A stretch of DNA of 64,000 bases from Candidatus Nanopelagicaceae bacterium (GCA_018882885.1 VERG01000001.1:17872-81871), one strand, 5' to 3'; numbered from the stretch's first letter, positions 39,896 through 52,071 are shown. Made by a program: numbers and translations. The notes: generated by a model not told the origin, from the sequence alone.

Positions 39896-41108
39896 TTACC
39901 TTCTCCAGTCTTGTGCTGATACTTTCTACAATTGCTCTCGCCACCACATGCTTGTCAACAGCATCAAAACCTTCTTTACCACCATCGGAACTTAATAAAT
40001 AACCAGAGGTGTTTCCAGAGCCAAAGATTGCCCCATCAGCGACATTATTTACATAGAGAAAATCGGCCTTCTTTCGGTTCATTTTTTCTTTAGCGAGTTC
40101 CAGATTATCCTCGCTCGTTTCCGCAGCAAACCCAACTATTACCTGCCCTGTCTTTTTCATCATTCCTGCTTGAGCCAATATGTCGGCATTCAAAGTGAGA
40201 TCAATTTGCTGCAATTTATCCTTCTTGATCTTCTCAATAGAACCTTTGTTTGGCTTTGCATCCGCAACCGCTGCCGCCATTACCAAAGCATGATTGGCTG
40301 GCAATTCAGCCAATACAGCATCACGCATCTCATCCGCGGTTTGAACTTTAATAACCCGGGCCCCTTCTAATTCAAAATAATCTGTATCGCCCGCGATGAC
40401 AGTGACCTCTGCGCCAGATCGAAGGGCTTCATATGCAACTGCAAGACCTTGTCGACCGCTAGAACGATTTCCAATGTATCTCACGGGATCAATTGGCTCT
40501 CGTGTCCCACCAGCTGTTACCAATACCTTTGTGTTCAAAAGTTTAGCGTCGGAGTTAGTTACCTCTAGTACTTCATTAATGATGCGAGCCGTCTCAGGAA
40601 ATCTGCCAATACCAGAATCTTTACCGGTTAATCGTCCGGTATCGGGTTCTAACACCTTCATGCCGCGTTGCCGCAACAAATTCACGTTGTGAATGGTGGC
40701 TGCGTTAAGCCACATATTTGGATGCATCGCAGGAACAATTACAACTGGAGCGCTGCTTGCCAATACCGTTGTTGTTAACAGATCATCTGCTCTACCTTGC
40801 GCCAATCGTGAGATTAAATCTGCGGTGGCGGGAGCGATAAGGATTAAGTCAGCTTTGTCTGCAATAGATACATGGGAAACATCAGAGCTATTTTCCCAAA
40901 CCGAGGTTGCAACATTACGCCCGGAAAGAGCTTGCCAAGTCGCCTTGCCTACGAAATTTAGTGAGGACTCTGTTGGAATAACTGTTACTAAAAATCCATG
41001 ATCTTGTAATCGGCGCAGCACATCGCAGGATTTATATGCGGCAATACCTGCGCTAACCCCAAGAACAACTTCACGGCCGCGAGGGAAAATGATCGGTGCG
41101 CCAGCCAT
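39888..41108 (-). CDS. coaBC: Bifunctional phosphopantothenoylcysteine decarboxylase / phosphopantothenate--cysteine ligase
   Basis: N-terminal flavoprotein domain ([18 protein letters not shown]) and C-terminal CoaB domain ([24 protein letters not shown]). Confidence 0.93.
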   Translation of the reverse strand: MAGAPIIFPRGREVVLGVSAGIAAYKSCDVLRRLQDHGFLVTVIPTESSLNFVGKATWQALSGRNVATSVWENSSDVSHVSIADKADLILIAPATADLISRLAQGRADDLLTTTVLASSAPVVIVPAMHPNMWLNAATIHNVNLLRQRGMKVLEPDTGRLTGKDSGIGRFPETARIINEVLEVTNSDAKLLNTKVLVTAGGTREPIDPVRYIGNRSSGRQGLAVAYEALRSGAEVTVIAGDTDYFELEGARVIKVQTADEMRDAVLAELPANHALVMAAAVADAKPNKGSIEKIKKDKLQQIDLTLNADILAQAGMMKKTGQVIVGFAAETSEDNLELAKEKMNRKKADFLYVNNVADGAIFGSGNTSGYLLSSDGGKEGFDAVDKHVVARAIVESISTRLEKVNG

Positions 41109-41117
41109 GGCTGATAT

Positions 41118-41375
41118 CTAGTTCTGAGGCTCCAGATTCTCGATAGTTAGCAATCCATCATTTATCTCTCGCATTGCGATTGACAATGGTTTCTCATGAA
41201 CATGAGTTTCAACCAATGGACCTACGTATTCGAGCAATCCTTCACCGAGTTGAGAGTAATAAGCGTTAATTTGTCGCGCTCTCTTTGCTGCGTAAAGCAC
41301 CAACGAATACTTTGAACCGCTCTTATCTAGCAGTTCATCAATCGGTGGATTTGTGATTCCATCAAGAGCCGCCAC
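41118..41375 (-). CDS. rpoZ: DNA-directed RNA polymerase subunit omega
   Basis: 85 aa, [16 protein letters not shown] motif, GTG start after GAGGAG, between gmk and coaBC. Confidence 0.9.
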   Translation of the reverse strand: MAALDGITNPPIDELLDKSGSKYSLVLYAAKRARQINAYYSQLGEGLLEYVGPLVETHVHEKPLSIAMREINDGLLTIENLEPQN

Positions 41376-41453
41376 GCTTACTCCTCGTTTACTAATCAGT
41401 TATAACTTACGGATGCCACTACGGGCCTCATCAAGCCTGAAGACCTTCGGGTC

Positions 41454-42008
41454 CTATGAGGCCGCTAAGGATACCAGCGCTTGTATTACCTCTTCGACCT
41501 GGTGATTTATGAGTAAATGATCAAATTCGCCTGCCGCAGCCATCTCCTGCCTGGCAAGCGCCAATCTCGCAGCAATTCGCTCTGGAGTATCTGTACCTCT
41601 GTTGGTGATTCGAGCTTCAAGTTCGGCCATGGATGGTGGTTGAAGGAAAACCATAACCGCATCTGGCATCGCTTGCTTAACCTGGCGAGCGCCTTCGATC
41701 TCAATCTCTAGCAAGACATGTTTGCCCTGCTGCAAAGCATCCAAAACCGCTTGCTTAGGGGTTCCATATTTGGCTCCTGCAAACTCTGCCCACTCTAAAA
41801 AAACTTTTGAATCAACCATCTGAGAAAACTCTGCATCGCTGACAAAATGATAGGCAATCCCGTCAATCTCACCGGGACGAGGCTGGCGCGTTGTAGCGGA
41901 AACAGAAAAATAGAAATGATCAAACTTTTTGAGCTCTGAAACGATAGTGCTTTTTCCAACTCCGCCAGGACCGGAGAGAACAATCAACTTTCCTTGAGCA
42001 GAACTCAT
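41454..42008 (-). CDS. gmk: Guanylate kinase
   Basis: P-loop GPGGVGKST, SATTRQPRPGE and YHFV. Confidence 0.93.
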   Translation of the reverse strand: MSSAQGKLIVLSGPGGVGKSTIVSELKKFDHFYFSVSATTRQPRPGEIDGIAYHFVSDAEFSQMVDSKVFLEWAEFAGAKYGTPKQAVLDALQQGKHVLLEIEIEGARQVKQAMPDAVMVFLQPPSMAELEARITNRGTDTPERIAARLALARQEMAAAGEFDHLLINHQVEEVIQALVSLAAS

Positions 42009-42322
42009 GACTCTTCCTTCAATATCTTCAATAAGGATTCGTACTGACTTTTTCCTACTCCTTGCACTCTGCGTGTCAAGGAGATTCCCGCTCGCTCCAT
42101 AACATTCAGTGCTCTGATCTCGCCAAATCCAGGAAGGCTAAGTAACAACTCCTTGACTCTCATCTTTCGTATTGCTTCATCATGATGTGAAAAGGCTTCA
42201 ACCCAGTTTCTTTTTCTCTGCTTTACCTCTAATTTGAAAAGAGCTCGCGTCTTACGGGATTCTGCAGCTTTTAGCAAAGCAGCACGACGCTCTTCCTTTG
42301 AAAGTTCTGGAGGATTGCTCAC
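42005..42322 (-). CDS. mihF: Integration host factor, actinobacterial type (MihF)
   Basis: 105 aa basic protein with RAALLKAAESRK and helix-hairpin-helix-like SLPGFGEIRA. It occupies the conserved pyrF-mihF-gmk position. Confidence 0.85.
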   Translation of the reverse strand: MSNPPELSKEERRAALLKAAESRKTRALFKLEVKQRKRNWVEAFSHHDEAIRKMRVKELLLSLPGFGEIRALNVMERAGISLTRRVQGVGKSQYESLLKILKEES

Positions 42323-42339
42323 AAGCCAATTAAAGCAAC

Positions 42340-43026
42340 TTAATTGATAGAAGCGAAAATATCCGCAGCCGCACGATTAGGATCTGCAGCTCCAGTTATC
42401 GGTCTTCCGATTACGAGATAATCAGATCCCGCGGCAATTGCCTGCGCAGGCGTCATGACCCGCTTTTGGTCATCTGATTCAGAGCTCGCCATGCGCACCC
42501 CTGGGGTAATCAAAACCGCTCTTTCCCCTAATGCGGCCTTGATTTCGGCTACCTCAAGTGGTGAACAAACAATCGCTCTAGCGCCATTTCCAACCGCATT
42601 CTTGGCAAGGGAAACAGCCAAAGTGGTTGGATCATCTGGTAGTCCCATAACCTTCAATTGTGCTGCATCTAGTGATGTGAGCACAGTAACCGCAGTTATT
42701 AAGGTATTGGGCAACACATCTGCCGCAGCGCGAATCATCTCCTGCCCGCCAGAAGCATGTACCGTCAAAAAGTAAGGATTTAAAGAGCCGATACTTTTAC
42801 AGGCACCCTTAACGGTATTTGGAATGTCATGCAGCTTCAAGTCAAGAAAAATTCTTACCTCTGGATGAGCATTTTGAATTTTAGATACTCCAGATAAACC
42901 TTGCGAAAGGAAAAACTCCAAACCCAACTTATAGACTGAAATGAACTCTTTCGTCTTACTTATCATGGAGAGTGCAGAGTCAACCTCTGGACTATCAAGA
43001 GCTAAGATAATCGGAGAATTACTCAT
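42340..43026 (-). CDS. pyrF: Orotidine 5'-phosphate decarboxylase
   Basis: ILALD, DLKLHDIPNTV (catalytic DxKxxD) and VIGRPI. Confidence 0.9.
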   Translation of the reverse strand: MSNSPIILALDSPEVDSALSMISKTKEFISVYKLGLEFFLSQGLSGVSKIQNAHPEVRIFLDLKLHDIPNTVKGACKSIGSLNPYFLTVHASGGQEMIRAAADVLPNTLITAVTVLTSLDAAQLKVMGLPDDPTTLAVSLAKNAVGNGARAIVCSPLEVAEIKAALGERAVLITPGVRMASSESDDQKRVMTPAQAIAAGSDYLVIGRPITGAADPNRAAADIFASIN

Positions 43027-43969
43027 TGTGCGCTACACCCACAGCCTCTGAGATCGAATTGAAACCGCGCTCTAAAAGCAACTCTCTGATCTCTTTCTTG
43101 ACCTTTATTGCAGCGGTTGGATTTCCGAAATTTGCAGTTCCGATAGAGACCGCGCTTGCGCCAGCAAAAATCATCTCCAAGGCATCTTTACCGCAACTCA
43201 CTCCCCCCATCCCTAGGATTGGTGTGTTCTTAAAAGCGGAGTGCACTTGATAAATAGCTCGCACCGCTACCGGTCTTATAGCTGGACCAGATAGACCTCC
43301 GGTTTTGCCGGCTAACTTCGGTCTTTGTTTATCTATATCGATTACCATCCCCAAAAGAGTGTTTATTAATGCCAAAGCATCTGCACCCGCCGAGATTACC
43401 TCTCCAGCAATTTGCACAATATCGGTTACATCAGGAGAAAGTTTGGCAATTATCGGAAGCTCACCGCCTATATTGCGGCGCACCGCTTCAATAACCTCTC
43501 GCGAGGCAACCGGATCGCAGGCAAAAACCAATCCACGATTTTCGACATTTGGACAGGAGATATTTACCTCTATTCCGCTTAAACCTGGAACTACCCGCAA
43601 CCTTCTTGCCAAAGAGGCGTAATCATCAACACTCTCTCCAGAAATCGAGACGATAACCCTGGCTTGGTTGGCTACCAACCAAGGAATGTCATCCTCTAGA
43701 AATTGATCGATTCCTGGCCCCTGCAACCCAATCGAGTTGAGCATTCCACTTGGTGTCTCAGCCATTCGTGGAGTAGCTCTACCTGATCTGGGTTTCAAGG
43801 CTATGGACTTGGTAACAACGGCACCCAACTCAGTAAGAGGAAAAAACTGCGATAACTCCTTACCCGAACCAGCGCAACCGCTCGCGGTAAACACCGGCGA
43901 GTCAAAGTACTTCTGTCCAAACTTAACTCGCATATCAAAGTTAGAGTTTTCAACCATCATGCTCCCCAA
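43019..43969 (-). CDS. pyrD: Dihydroorotate dehydrogenase, class 1B catalytic subunit
   Basis: Cys-type active-site loop EVNISCPNV (class 1) and GGLSGPAIRPVA. It is paired with the pyrK gene immediately upstream. Confidence 0.9.
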   Translation of the reverse strand: MGSMMVENSNFDMRVKFGQKYFDSPVFTASGCAGSGKELSQFFPLTELGAVVTKSIALKPRSGRATPRMAETPSGMLNSIGLQGPGIDQFLEDDIPWLVANQARVIVSISGESVDDYASLARRLRVVPGLSGIEVNISCPNVENRGLVFACDPVASREVIEAVRRNIGGELPIIAKLSPDVTDIVQIAGEVISAGADALALINTLLGMVIDIDKQRPKLAGKTGGLSGPAIRPVAVRAIYQVHSAFKNTPILGMGGVSCGKDALEMIFAGASAVSIGTANFGNPTAAIKVKKEIRELLLERGFNSISEAVGVAHNE

Positions 43970-44823
43970 GTTCCCTCTGGGATTTGTCGGTTAGAGCTCC
44001 AAATAACTCGGGAACCATCCATCACCGGACCATCAATGCAAGATCGGGTCATCTTGATTACCCCATTTTCATCCTTCACCGGAAGAACACAGGTCATGCA
44101 AACACCGATACCGCAGGCCATTGACTCCTCGACAGCGCATTGATGCATGATTCCGAACTGTTCAGCGATACTGTCTACCGCAGCAAGCATGGGCATCGGG
44201 CCGCAGGAATAAATAATCTCTGTCTTGTATTTCTCAATTAGCTCCGGCATTACATCGGTTACTTTGCCTTTGCTGCCAGTGGATCCATCCTCTGTGGTAA
44301 CGGTTAAGGAGTTGACTGAACGTTTACCTTCCAAAGGCGCGTAAATTTTTCCAGCGATCGATGCACCTAGAATCATATCCACCCGACAACCACGTTCTTT
44401 CAAGACCTCTGCCAAGCCAAAAAGTGGTGCAGATCCATAGCCACCGCCAACTAAAAGTGCGCTAACCGGCTGAGCGGGAATTCCAAAACTAACTCCAAGT
44501 GGACCAACCATATCCACGTGATCATGAATCTCAAGACTAGTAAGCCATTTACTACCTTGACCATGAGGGGCGACAACTAATTCGATAGTTCCTCCGTATT
44601 GACCTCTGTCACTAGATCGATATATCGCAAAAGCGCGTCTTAAAATCATAGAGGAGTTACTACCCCCTACTGAGATTGCAACGAAGTTGCCGGGCTTTGC
44701 AAATGTTGCCATATCTCCTACCGCAAAAACCATATGATGATAGGCGCCCACTTTTTTATTGGAAATTATTTCTACTGAACGTTGTTGCGCTTTTCTATTG
44801 ATGCCGGTCATTGCTGGTGCCAT
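43957..44823 (-). CDS. pyrK: Dihydroorotate dehydrogenase electron transfer subunit (FAD / 2Fe-2S)
   Basis: FNR-like fold (RRAFAIY FAD motif, GGGYGSAP) and a C-terminal Cys cluster (CGIGVCMTC...C). An alternative ATG at 44811 gives an ATGA overlap with the carB stop. Confidence 0.85.
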   Translation of the reverse strand: MAPAMTGINRKAQQRSVEIISNKKVGAYHHMVFAVGDMATFAKPGNFVAISVGGSNSSMILRRAFAIYRSSDRGQYGGTIELVVAPHGQGSKWLTSLEIHDHVDMVGPLGVSFGIPAQPVSALLVGGGYGSAPLFGLAEVLKERGCRVDMILGASIAGKIYAPLEGKRSVNSLTVTTEDGSTGSKGKVTDVMPELIEKYKTEIIYSCGPMPMLAAVDSIAEQFGIMHQCAVEESMACGIGVCMTCVLPVKDENGVIKMTRSCIDGPVMDGSRVIWSSNRQIPEGTWGA

Positions 44824-47800
44824 TCTTGGATTGATTTCGTCGACAAGCCACCTTGTTGCAATGCTCGAATTCCTTCAACCGCAGCTTTCAAACCAGGCAC
44901 AGTAGTGATGCAGGGTACGCCTCTTTGAACCGCCGCAGTACGGATCAACCTTCCATCGCGCTGAGCGCCGCGGCCGAAAGGGGTGTTTATCACTAGAGAG
45001 ATCTGATTTTTGTTAATTAGATCCACAGCTGATACCGATTCCGGATTTTCCGATTTATCAGCATGCTTCGCAACTAACTCTGTCTCGACACCATTGGACT
45101 CCATTAATTTGTGGGTCCCCGAGGTGGCATAAAGTTTGAACCCTAGCGCTGCCAGCTCTTTTACAGCTGTAATTGAATTGCTCTTATCCTTATCAGACAA
45201 GGAGATAAAAATCGCTCCTGATTTGGGTAGCGGACCAAATGCAGCTATCTGGCTCTTGGCAAATGCGCCACCGAAACTATCTGCGATTCCCATTACCTCA
45301 CCAGTTGATTTCATCTCTGGCCCTAGAACCGTATCAACTCCTTGGCCATCAACTCTTCTAAAACGGTTCCAAGGTAATACCGCCTCTTTCACGGATATGC
45401 CAGTTGCGATACCGACTTTATAGGAAGGTAGAACTCCCTCCGCTCTTAAGTCAGAGATCTTCTTGCCGCCGGCAATTAAAGCCGCCGCTTTTGCAACTTG
45501 GACACCGGTGGCTTTACTAACGAAAGGTACCGTTCTTGAGGCACGGGGGTTAGCTTCGATTACAAATAATTGATCTTTTGAAATGGCAAATTGAATGTTT
45601 ATCAAACCTCTGACACCAACCGCATGAGCCAATTTATAAGTTGCGCCCTCAATCTCCTGCAACATTGCAGGTGTCAAAGATTGCGCTGGTATAACGCAGG
45701 CCGAATCGCCAGAGTGAACCCCTGCCTCTTCTACATGTTCCATTACACCTGCCAAATACATATCAACTCCATCAAATACAGCATCAACATCAACTTCAAT
45801 GGCATCATCTAAGAACTTATCAATGAGAACGGGATGCTCAGGATTGATCTTGGTGGCGATTTCGATGTACTCAGAAAGCGATGAATCATCATAAACAATC
45901 TGCATGCCTCGCCCGCCCAAGACAAAGGAGGGACGAACTAAAACGGGATAACCAATTCTTTGCGCAACCTCTAGAGCTTGCTGATATGAAAAAGCGGTTC
46001 CAAAGGATGGAGCTTTTAAATCATTCTCATTCAAGATTGCGCCAAACTTTCCCCGATCCTCAGCTAATGCAATCGCCTCTGGCGTGGTTCCTAGAATCGG
46101 CACCCCAGCTTCCTTCAAACCTGCCGCAAGTCCAAGCGGGGTTTGTCCGCCTAATTGAACAATCACGCCAGCTACAGGTCCGGCCTTTAACTCTGCCTCA
46201 TAGATCTCAAGTACATCCTCCAAAGTTAAAGGCTCAAAATAAAGGCGGTCTGAGGTGTCGTAATCTGTTGAAACGGTTTCTGGATTGCAGTTGACCATGA
46301 TGGTGTCAAAACCAGATGCACTTAATGCAAAACAAGCATGAACACAGGAATAATCAAACTCAATTCCCTGACCAATGCGATTTGGTCCACTGCCTAAAAT
46401 CAACACGGCGGGACGGGTGCGAGTCTTTACCTCACTTTCTAAATCATAAGTGGAGTAGTGATAAGGAGTAAAAGCTTCAAACTCGCCAGCACAGGTATCG
46501 ACTGTTTTGTAAACGGGAACAACTTCCAAGCGATGGCGCAGCTTATAAACATCTTGAGCGCTAAGGCCCCGCAACTCTGCTATCTGTAAATCTGAGAAAC
46601 CTAATCTTTTTGCTGAATACATAAGCGAGGCATCTATATCCGCCACAGCTTTAAGCTCGAAAGCCTTTTTATTAATCAAAGCTATTTGCTCCAAGAACCA
46701 TGGATCTATGCCGGTCAATTGATTAACCTGATCGACACTCACCCCCAGAGCCAAAGCACGTTGCACCTGAATTAAACGATTCTCGGTAGGTGTGCCGATC
46801 CTTGAGAGCAGCTCCTCCTTGCTCTCAGAGAAACTCCAGTTGAAAGTTGATTCTTTCTTCTCCAAAGAACGCATAGCTTTCTGCAAAGCCTCCGGGAAAG
46901 AGCGACCGAAAGCCATCGCCTCTCCAACGCTCTTCATGGTCATGGTTAATCTTGGATCTGCTTCTGTGAACTTTTCAAAGGCAAAACGCGGAATCTTTAC
47001 CACGATGTAATCCAAGGTCGGTTCAAAAGAAGCTGGAGTTTGCTTGGTAATGTCATTTGGTATCTCATCCAGAGAGTAACCGATGGCTAATTTGGTGGCG
47101 ATCTTTGCTATTGGAAAACCCGTTGCCTTTGAAGCCAGAGCGCTGCTTCGGGAGACGCGTGGATTCATCTCGATGACTACTACCCGCCCATTCTTGGGAT
47201 TAACGGCAAATTGGATATTACATCCACCCGTTGCTACTCCAACCTCGCGAATAATCTCGATGCTTAAATCTCTTAATCTCTGAAACTCCACATCAGTTAA
47301 TGTCAGAGCGGGTGCAACTGTTATTGAGTCACCGGTATGCACACCCATCGGATCAAAGTTTTCGATGCTACAAACAATTACCACGTTATCGTGATTGTCG
47401 CGCATTACCTCTAGTTCGTACTCTTTCCAACCGATTATCGATTCCTCAAGAAGTACCTCATTTACCGGACTAAATCTCAATCCAGCTCCTGCTATTTGCT
47501 CTAGCTCCGATTGAGAATAAGCAATACCACTGCCTAGTCCGCCCATAGTGAAAGAAGGTCTAACAACAACTGGATAGTTCAAAATATCCGCCGCAGAGAG
47601 ACACTCCTGCATGGTGTGACAGATAATGGATTTAGCCGATTCGCCTCCGACCTTCTCAACAATAGCGCGGAACTCTTCTCGGTTCTCGCCCCTACGAATC
47701 GCTGCGACATCTGCTCCGATAAGTTTTGTGTTGTACTTTTCTAAAATGCCCGCCTCGTAAAGAGAAATCGCAGCATTTAATGCGGTTTGCCCACCAAGGG

Positions 47801-48065
47801 TCGCCAAGATTGCTGCAGGTTTTTCTTTAGCAATCACCTGTTCTAGAAACTCTGGAGTGATTGGTTCGATGTATGTCGCATCTGCAAACTCGGGATCAGT
47901 CATAATCGTGGCAGGATTAGAGTTGACCAGAATTACCCTGATTCCCTCAGCTTTCAAAACTCGACAGGCTTGAGTTCCGGAGTAGTCAAATTCACAGGCT
48001 TGTCCAATAACAATTGGTCCGCTACCAATTACCAGCACACTATCTATTGATTTATCTCTTGGCAT
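44808..48065 (-). CDS. carB: Carbamoyl-phosphate synthase large subunit
   Basis: 1085 aa with duplicated ATP-grasp halves, an oligomerisation domain and an MGS-like C-terminal domain. N-terminus [24 protein letters not shown]. Confidence 0.97.
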   Translation of the reverse strand: MPRDKSIDSVLVIGSGPIVIGQACEFDYSGTQACRVLKAEGIRVILVNSNPATIMTDPEFADATYIEPITPEFLEQVIAKEKPAAILATLGGQTALNAAISLYEAGILEKYNTKLIGADVAAIRRGENREEFRAIVEKVGGESAKSIICHTMQECLSAADILNYPVVVRPSFTMGGLGSGIAYSQSELEQIAGAGLRFSPVNEVLLEESIIGWKEYELEVMRDNHDNVVIVCSIENFDPMGVHTGDSITVAPALTLTDVEFQRLRDLSIEIIREVGVATGGCNIQFAVNPKNGRVVVIEMNPRVSRSSALASKATGFPIAKIATKLAIGYSLDEIPNDITKQTPASFEPTLDYIVVKIPRFAFEKFTEADPRLTMTMKSVGEAMAFGRSFPEALQKAMRSLEKKESTFNWSFSESKEELLSRIGTPTENRLIQVQRALALGVSVDQVNQLTGIDPWFLEQIALINKKAFELKAVADIDASLMYSAKRLGFSDLQIAELRGLSAQDVYKLRHRLEVVPVYKTVDTCAGEFEAFTPYHYSTYDLESEVKTRTRPAVLILGSGPNRIGQGIEFDYSCVHACFALSASGFDTIMVNCNPETVSTDYDTSDRLYFEPLTLEDVLEIYEAELKAGPVAGVIVQLGGQTPLGLAAGLKEAGVPILGTTPEAIALAEDRGKFGAILNENDLKAPSFGTAFSYQQALEVAQRIGYPVLVRPSFVLGGRGMQIVYDDSSLSEYIEIATKINPEHPVLIDKFLDDAIEVDVDAVFDGVDMYLAGVMEHVEEAGVHSGDSACVIPAQSLTPAMLQEIEGATYKLAHAVGVRGLINIQFAISKDQLFVIEANPRASRTVPFVSKATGVQVAKAAALIAGGKKISDLRAEGVLPSYKVGIATGISVKEAVLPWNRFRRVDGQGVDTVLGPEMKSTGEVMGIADSFGGAFAKSQIAAFGPLPKSGAIFISLSDKDKSNSITAVKELAALGFKLYATSGTHKLMESNGVETELVAKHADKSENPESVSAVDLINKNQISLVINTPFGRGAQRDGRLIRTAAVQRGVPCITTVPGLKAAVEGIRALQQGGLSTKSIQEWHQQ

Positions 48066-49167
48066 TTTTCTCCAATACCTTCAGAAAATCATCAAAGAGA
48101 TAATTAGCGTCATGCGGTCCAGCCGCTGCTTCTGGGTGATATTGAACCGAGAACGCTGGACGATCAATCAACTTCAACCCTTCAACAACACCGTCATTCA
48201 AACAAATATGGGTAACCATTCCCGGCCCATAAACTGTTGTGAAGATTCCATCGGTCGGAGCTTCAACCGCAAAGCCATGATTTTGAGCTGTGATCTCAAC
48301 ACGGTTCTTCTCTTTATTTAGCACCGGTTGATTGATACCTCTATGCCCAAACCGAAGTTTGTAGGTATCAAAACCTAAAGCCCGCCCCAGAATCTGATGG
48401 CCAAAACAGATGCCAAAAACTGGAAATGACTCCTCAAGTGCATTTCTTACTAACTGTACAACCGAGTCCATGGTTGAAGGATCTCCCGGGCCATTGGACA
48501 GGAAAAGACCATCAAATCTCCCCGCTTTCAACTCAGCAAAGGTGGTTGTGGCTGGCAACATATGAACCTCTATGCCGCGCTGCGCCATATTCCGCGGCGT
48601 AGCCGCTTTAATTCCTAAATCCAAAGCTGCTACCTTAAAACGCTTTTCTCCTATTGCAGAAACTGTGTAGCTATTTGGAGTGGTCACATCATCTACTAAG
48701 TAGGCGCCTGACATCTGTTCGCTATTTCTTACTCTTACAACCATCTCTTCTCTCGACAACTTTGTGTTGGAGAAAATTCCAACCCGCATTGCACCTCTAT
48801 CCCTTAAATGCAAGGTCAATGCTCTGGTATCAACCCCTTTAATTCCAACTACCTGATTTTGGATTAAGTCATCTTCTAGACTTCTTTGCGAACGCCAATT
48901 TGAAACTGTCGGCGAAGGGTTTCTTACTACAAATCCACTGACCCAGATTCGGCGAGACTCTTCATCCTGTGAGTTCATACCGGTATTTCCGATATGAGGA
49001 GCGGTCATAACTACCACCTGCTTGTAGTACGAAGGGTCGGTAAGAGTTTCCTGATATCCGGTCATTCCAGTGGAAAAAACCGCTTCACCAAAAGCTTCTC
49101 CGGTACAGGCCCACGATTCGCCCTCAAAGATGCGACCATCATCAAGGACTAGATAAGCAAGGCTCAC
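48052..49167 (-). CDS. carA: Carbamoyl-phosphate synthase small (glutaminase) subunit
   Basis: Class I GATase triad context GICFGHQ and the HPE region (VQYHPEA). Confidence 0.95.
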   Translation of the reverse strand: MSLAYLVLDDGRIFEGESWACTGEAFGEAVFSTGMTGYQETLTDPSYYKQVVVMTAPHIGNTGMNSQDEESRRIWVSGFVVRNPSPTVSNWRSQRSLEDDLIQNQVVGIKGVDTRALTLHLRDRGAMRVGIFSNTKLSREEMVVRVRNSEQMSGAYLVDDVTTPNSYTVSAIGEKRFKVAALDLGIKAATPRNMAQRGIEVHMLPATTTFAELKAGRFDGLFLSNGPGDPSTMDSVVQLVRNALEESFPVFGICFGHQILGRALGFDTYKLRFGHRGINQPVLNKEKNRVEITAQNHGFAVEAPTDGIFTTVYGPGMVTHICLNDGVVEGLKLIDRPAFSVQYHPEAAAGPHDANYLFDDFLKVLEKNAKR

Positions 49168-50453
49168 ACGCCCTCCTGTCCCTGATTCATTCGGTCGTAA
49201 ACCAGCACGCCATTATGGAAGGTCTTCTCCACGACAGCAGGTAACTCCATGCCGTTATACGGTGTGTTTTTGCTCTTAGATTTCAAGGTTTCGGCGTTAA
49301 CCTTCCAGCTCTTATCAAGATCCACGAGAACAATGTTCGCTGACCGACCTACGGCTAACTCGCCGTGATCGCTGTATCTGGCCAACTTTGCTGGTGTACT
49401 AGACATTCTCAGTGACAACTCTGCAACACTCATTAATCCTGATTTCACCATTGACAGATAGCAGATTGAGAATGCGGTCTCCAGTCCTATCATTCCAAAC
49501 GCTGCCGCATTCCATTCGCAATCTTTGGCTTCCTGCGGGTGAGGTGCATGGTCAGTTGCAACAATATCAATCGTGCCATCTGCCAAACCTCTTCTCAATG
49601 CTTGAACATCACTTTCAGTTCGCAACGGTGGATTAACTTTGTAAGTGGCGTCGTAGGTTGCAGCCAACTCATCGGTTAGAAGTAGATGATGTGGAGTAAC
49701 CTCTGCTGTTACCTTAACGCCACGCAGTTTCGCCTGTCGTACAAGCTCTACTCCGCCAGCGGTTGTGAGGTGACAGATATGTAATCTGCTATCAACATGT
49801 TCTGCCAGCAAAATATCTCGCGCAATAATCGCCTCTTCGGCTACAGCCGGCCATCCCTTTAATCCCAGGCGGGCGGATACCTCGCCTTCATTCATCTGAG
49901 CATTTTCAGTTAACCGCGGATCTTGAGCGTGTTGTGCAATAACGCCATCAAACAGCTTTACATATTCAAGTGCGCGACGCATTACCAGTGGATCGGCCAC
50001 ACAATGGCCATCATCACTAAAGATTCTTACCCGTGCCTCTGATTGATTCATAGCAACTAATTCAGCAAGCTGCTCACCGCTTTGTCCAACAGTTACTGCG
50101 CCAATTGGAAATACATCACAGATACCGTGAGATTGTCCTAATCGGTATACCTGTTCAACTACGCCTGCAGTATCAGCAACTGGCAAAGTATTTGGCATCG
50201 CTGATAACGCCGTGTAACCTCCCGCGACCGCTGCCTGACTTGCGGTCAATACGGTCTCTGCATCCTCACGGCCCGGTTCTCTTAGGTGAGTGTGCAGATC
50301 AACGAAACCAGGCATCACAGTTAAACCTTGAGCATCCAACTCTGAGTAAGGTTGGACAAAATCAGCTTTGTCTACCACTTTTCCATTTGAAATCATTAGC
50401 TCTATGTTTTTACCTTGAAGATCACGAGCATTTCTGATCAACCATGAGTTCAT
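49164..50453 (-). CDS. pyrC: Dihydroorotase
   Basis: Amidohydrolase metal motif VDLHTHLREPG and DHAPH. Confidence 0.93.
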   Translation of the reverse strand: MNSWLIRNARDLQGKNIELMISNGKVVDKADFVQPYSELDAQGLTVMPGFVDLHTHLREPGREDAETVLTASQAAVAGGYTALSAMPNTLPVADTAGVVEQVYRLGQSHGICDVFPIGAVTVGQSGEQLAELVAMNQSEARVRIFSDDGHCVADPLVMRRALEYVKLFDGVIAQHAQDPRLTENAQMNEGEVSARLGLKGWPAVAEEAIIARDILLAEHVDSRLHICHLTTAGGVELVRQAKLRGVKVTAEVTPHHLLLTDELAATYDATYKVNPPLRTESDVQALRRGLADGTIDIVATDHAPHPQEAKDCEWNAAAFGMIGLETAFSICYLSMVKSGLMSVAELSLRMSSTPAKLARYSDHGELAVGRSANIVLVDLDKSWKVNAETLKSKSKNTPYNGMELPAVVEKTFHNGVLVYDRMNQGQEGV

Positions 50454-51418
50454 TAATGTTCTCCGATCTGTGCGGTTAAATCACGTGAAGTGGCGCCACC
50501 GATCAGCAAATACAGCACCGCCATACGAACGCTTACTCCATTTGCGACCTGCTCGACGATCACAGACTTCTTGGAGTCAGCACCTTCAGCGGTGATTTCC
50601 AGTCCTCGATTCATAGGTCCTGGATGCATAACTATCGCCGATCCCTTCATGGCAGCAATTCGAGCAGCATTTAATCCAAAGTTGCGGGCATACTCTCTTT
50701 CGGACGGGAAGAACAAATCCTCCATCCTCTCCTTTTGAACCCGTAGCATCATTACCGCATCACATTCAGAGATCACTTCATCAATTGAGAAATTTATCTG
50801 GGCACCCCAATGCTCAACACCGACTGGAAGCAAGGTCGGTGGAGCTACGAGAAATACCTTTGCCCCCAATTTTTGAAGCAATAAAACATTGGACCTAGCA
50901 ACTCGGGAATGAAGTACATCGCCAACTATCGCAATCTTCAAGCCCGCCAAATCCCCTTTATCCTGCATTAGATGTCTTCTTATAGTGAAGGCATCAAGCA
51001 GAGCTTGAGTGGGATGCTCGTGAGTTCCATCTCCAGCGTTAATAACCGCACCATCTATCCAACGTTTTCTAGCGAGTTGAGCCGGAGCTCCAGATGCACC
51101 ATGTCGAATAATCACAGCATCCGCGCCCATCGCTTGAAGGGTAAGCGCGGTATCTTTCAAGCTTTCACCTTTGCTGACACTTGATCCTTTGGCGGAAAAG
51201 TTAATTACATCTGCTGACAATCTCTTGGCTGCTGCCTCGAATGAGATTCTCGTTCTGGTCGAATCTTCAAAAAAAAGATTTACTACGGTACGTCCTCGTA
51301 AGGTTGGAAATTTACGGTTACTTGAATCAGATAGAGCGGCGAGCTGTACAGCGGTATCTAAAATTTCTAGAGCATCATCTTTACTCAAATCATTAATTGA
51401 AAGTAAGTCGCGCATCAC
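50453..51418 (-). CDS. pyrB: Aspartate carbamoyltransferase catalytic subunit
   Basis: STRTR, HPTQ and HPGP motifs. Confidence 0.95.
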   Translation of the reverse strand: MMRDLLSINDLSKDDALEILDTAVQLAALSDSSNRKFPTLRGRTVVNLFFEDSTRTRISFEAAAKRLSADVINFSAKGSSVSKGESLKDTALTLQAMGADAVIIRHGASGAPAQLARKRWIDGAVINAGDGTHEHPTQALLDAFTIRRHLMQDKGDLAGLKIAIVGDVLHSRVARSNVLLLQKLGAKVFLVAPPTLLPVGVEHWGAQINFSIDEVISECDAVMMLRVQKERMEDLFFPSEREYARNFGLNAARIAAMKGSAIVMHPGPMNRGLEITAEGADSKKSVIVEQVANGVSVRMAVLYLLIGGATSRDLTAQIGEH

Positions 51419-51948
51419 ATCGACCTACCTTCGATTTTTACCTCATCTACTTCATCAATCTCGACGAGGTTTACCTTTACTGATTCCGCCTTTGCGGTTG
51501 GAATATTTTTTCCTACGAAATCCGCTCGAATGGGCAGTTCGCGATGACCACGGTCAATCAACACCGCCAATTGGACAGTTTTAGGCCGACCTAATTCATT
51601 TAAAGCATCAAGAGCGGCCCGCACGGTGCGGCCTGAGAAAAATACATCATCGACCAGCACCACATGTTTGGCGTCGATTCCAGATTTGGGAAGTTGAGTT
51701 GGCGTCAAAGGCCGGGGTGCTCTCATCCGTAGATCATCTCGGAACATTGTTATATCCAAAGTTCCTAGGGCTACCTCAGCTTTTTCAATTTCCAGAATCT
51801 CCTGAGCAAGTCGCTCAGCGATGACTACACCTCTTGTCGGTATACCGAGAAGTATTACCTCGCTTGATCCATGGTTTTTTTCCAGTATTTCATGGGCGAT
51901 ACGCCGCAAAGCACGCGCGATTTCCGCGGCATTCAAAACAACACTCAT
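51415..51948 (-). CDS. pyrR: Bifunctional pyrimidine operon regulator / uracil phosphoribosyltransferase PyrR
   Basis: PRT fold with [13 protein letters not shown]. It is the first gene of the pyr operon. Confidence 0.93.
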   Translation of the reverse strand: MSVVLNAAEIARALRRIAHEILEKNHGSSEVILLGIPTRGVVIAERLAQEILEIEKAEVALGTLDITMFRDDLRMRAPRPLTPTQLPKSGIDAKHVVLVDDVFFSGRTVRAALDALNELGRPKTVQLAVLIDRGHRELPIRADFVGKNIPTAKAESVKVNLVEIDEVDEVKIEGRSM

Positions 51949-52071
51949 TTAAGCTCCTTCGCCGCCTCACAGGACGGATCGTTAAAGGTTGGCTAACCCT
52001 AGCATCAGTTGCCAATTGCTCTTGTGTGGAAAAGTAAACCTCTGCCCCCGCCCTCTGACTAGCCTGCGGGC

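Noticed and set aside
39880-39910. SAM riboswitch before metK and cobalamin riboswitch before metH
   Set aside because: The metK start overlaps the coaBC stop by 8 nt, so there is no leader. The region upstream of metH runs directly into the divergent PAC2 gene (at most 46 nt), leaving no room for either element.
51949-52071. BldD autoregulatory box (TNAC-N5-GTNA) upstream of bldD
   Set aside because: I scanned the spacer by eye on both strands and found no match. The absence is noted, but a position-weight-matrix scan is needed before concluding anything.
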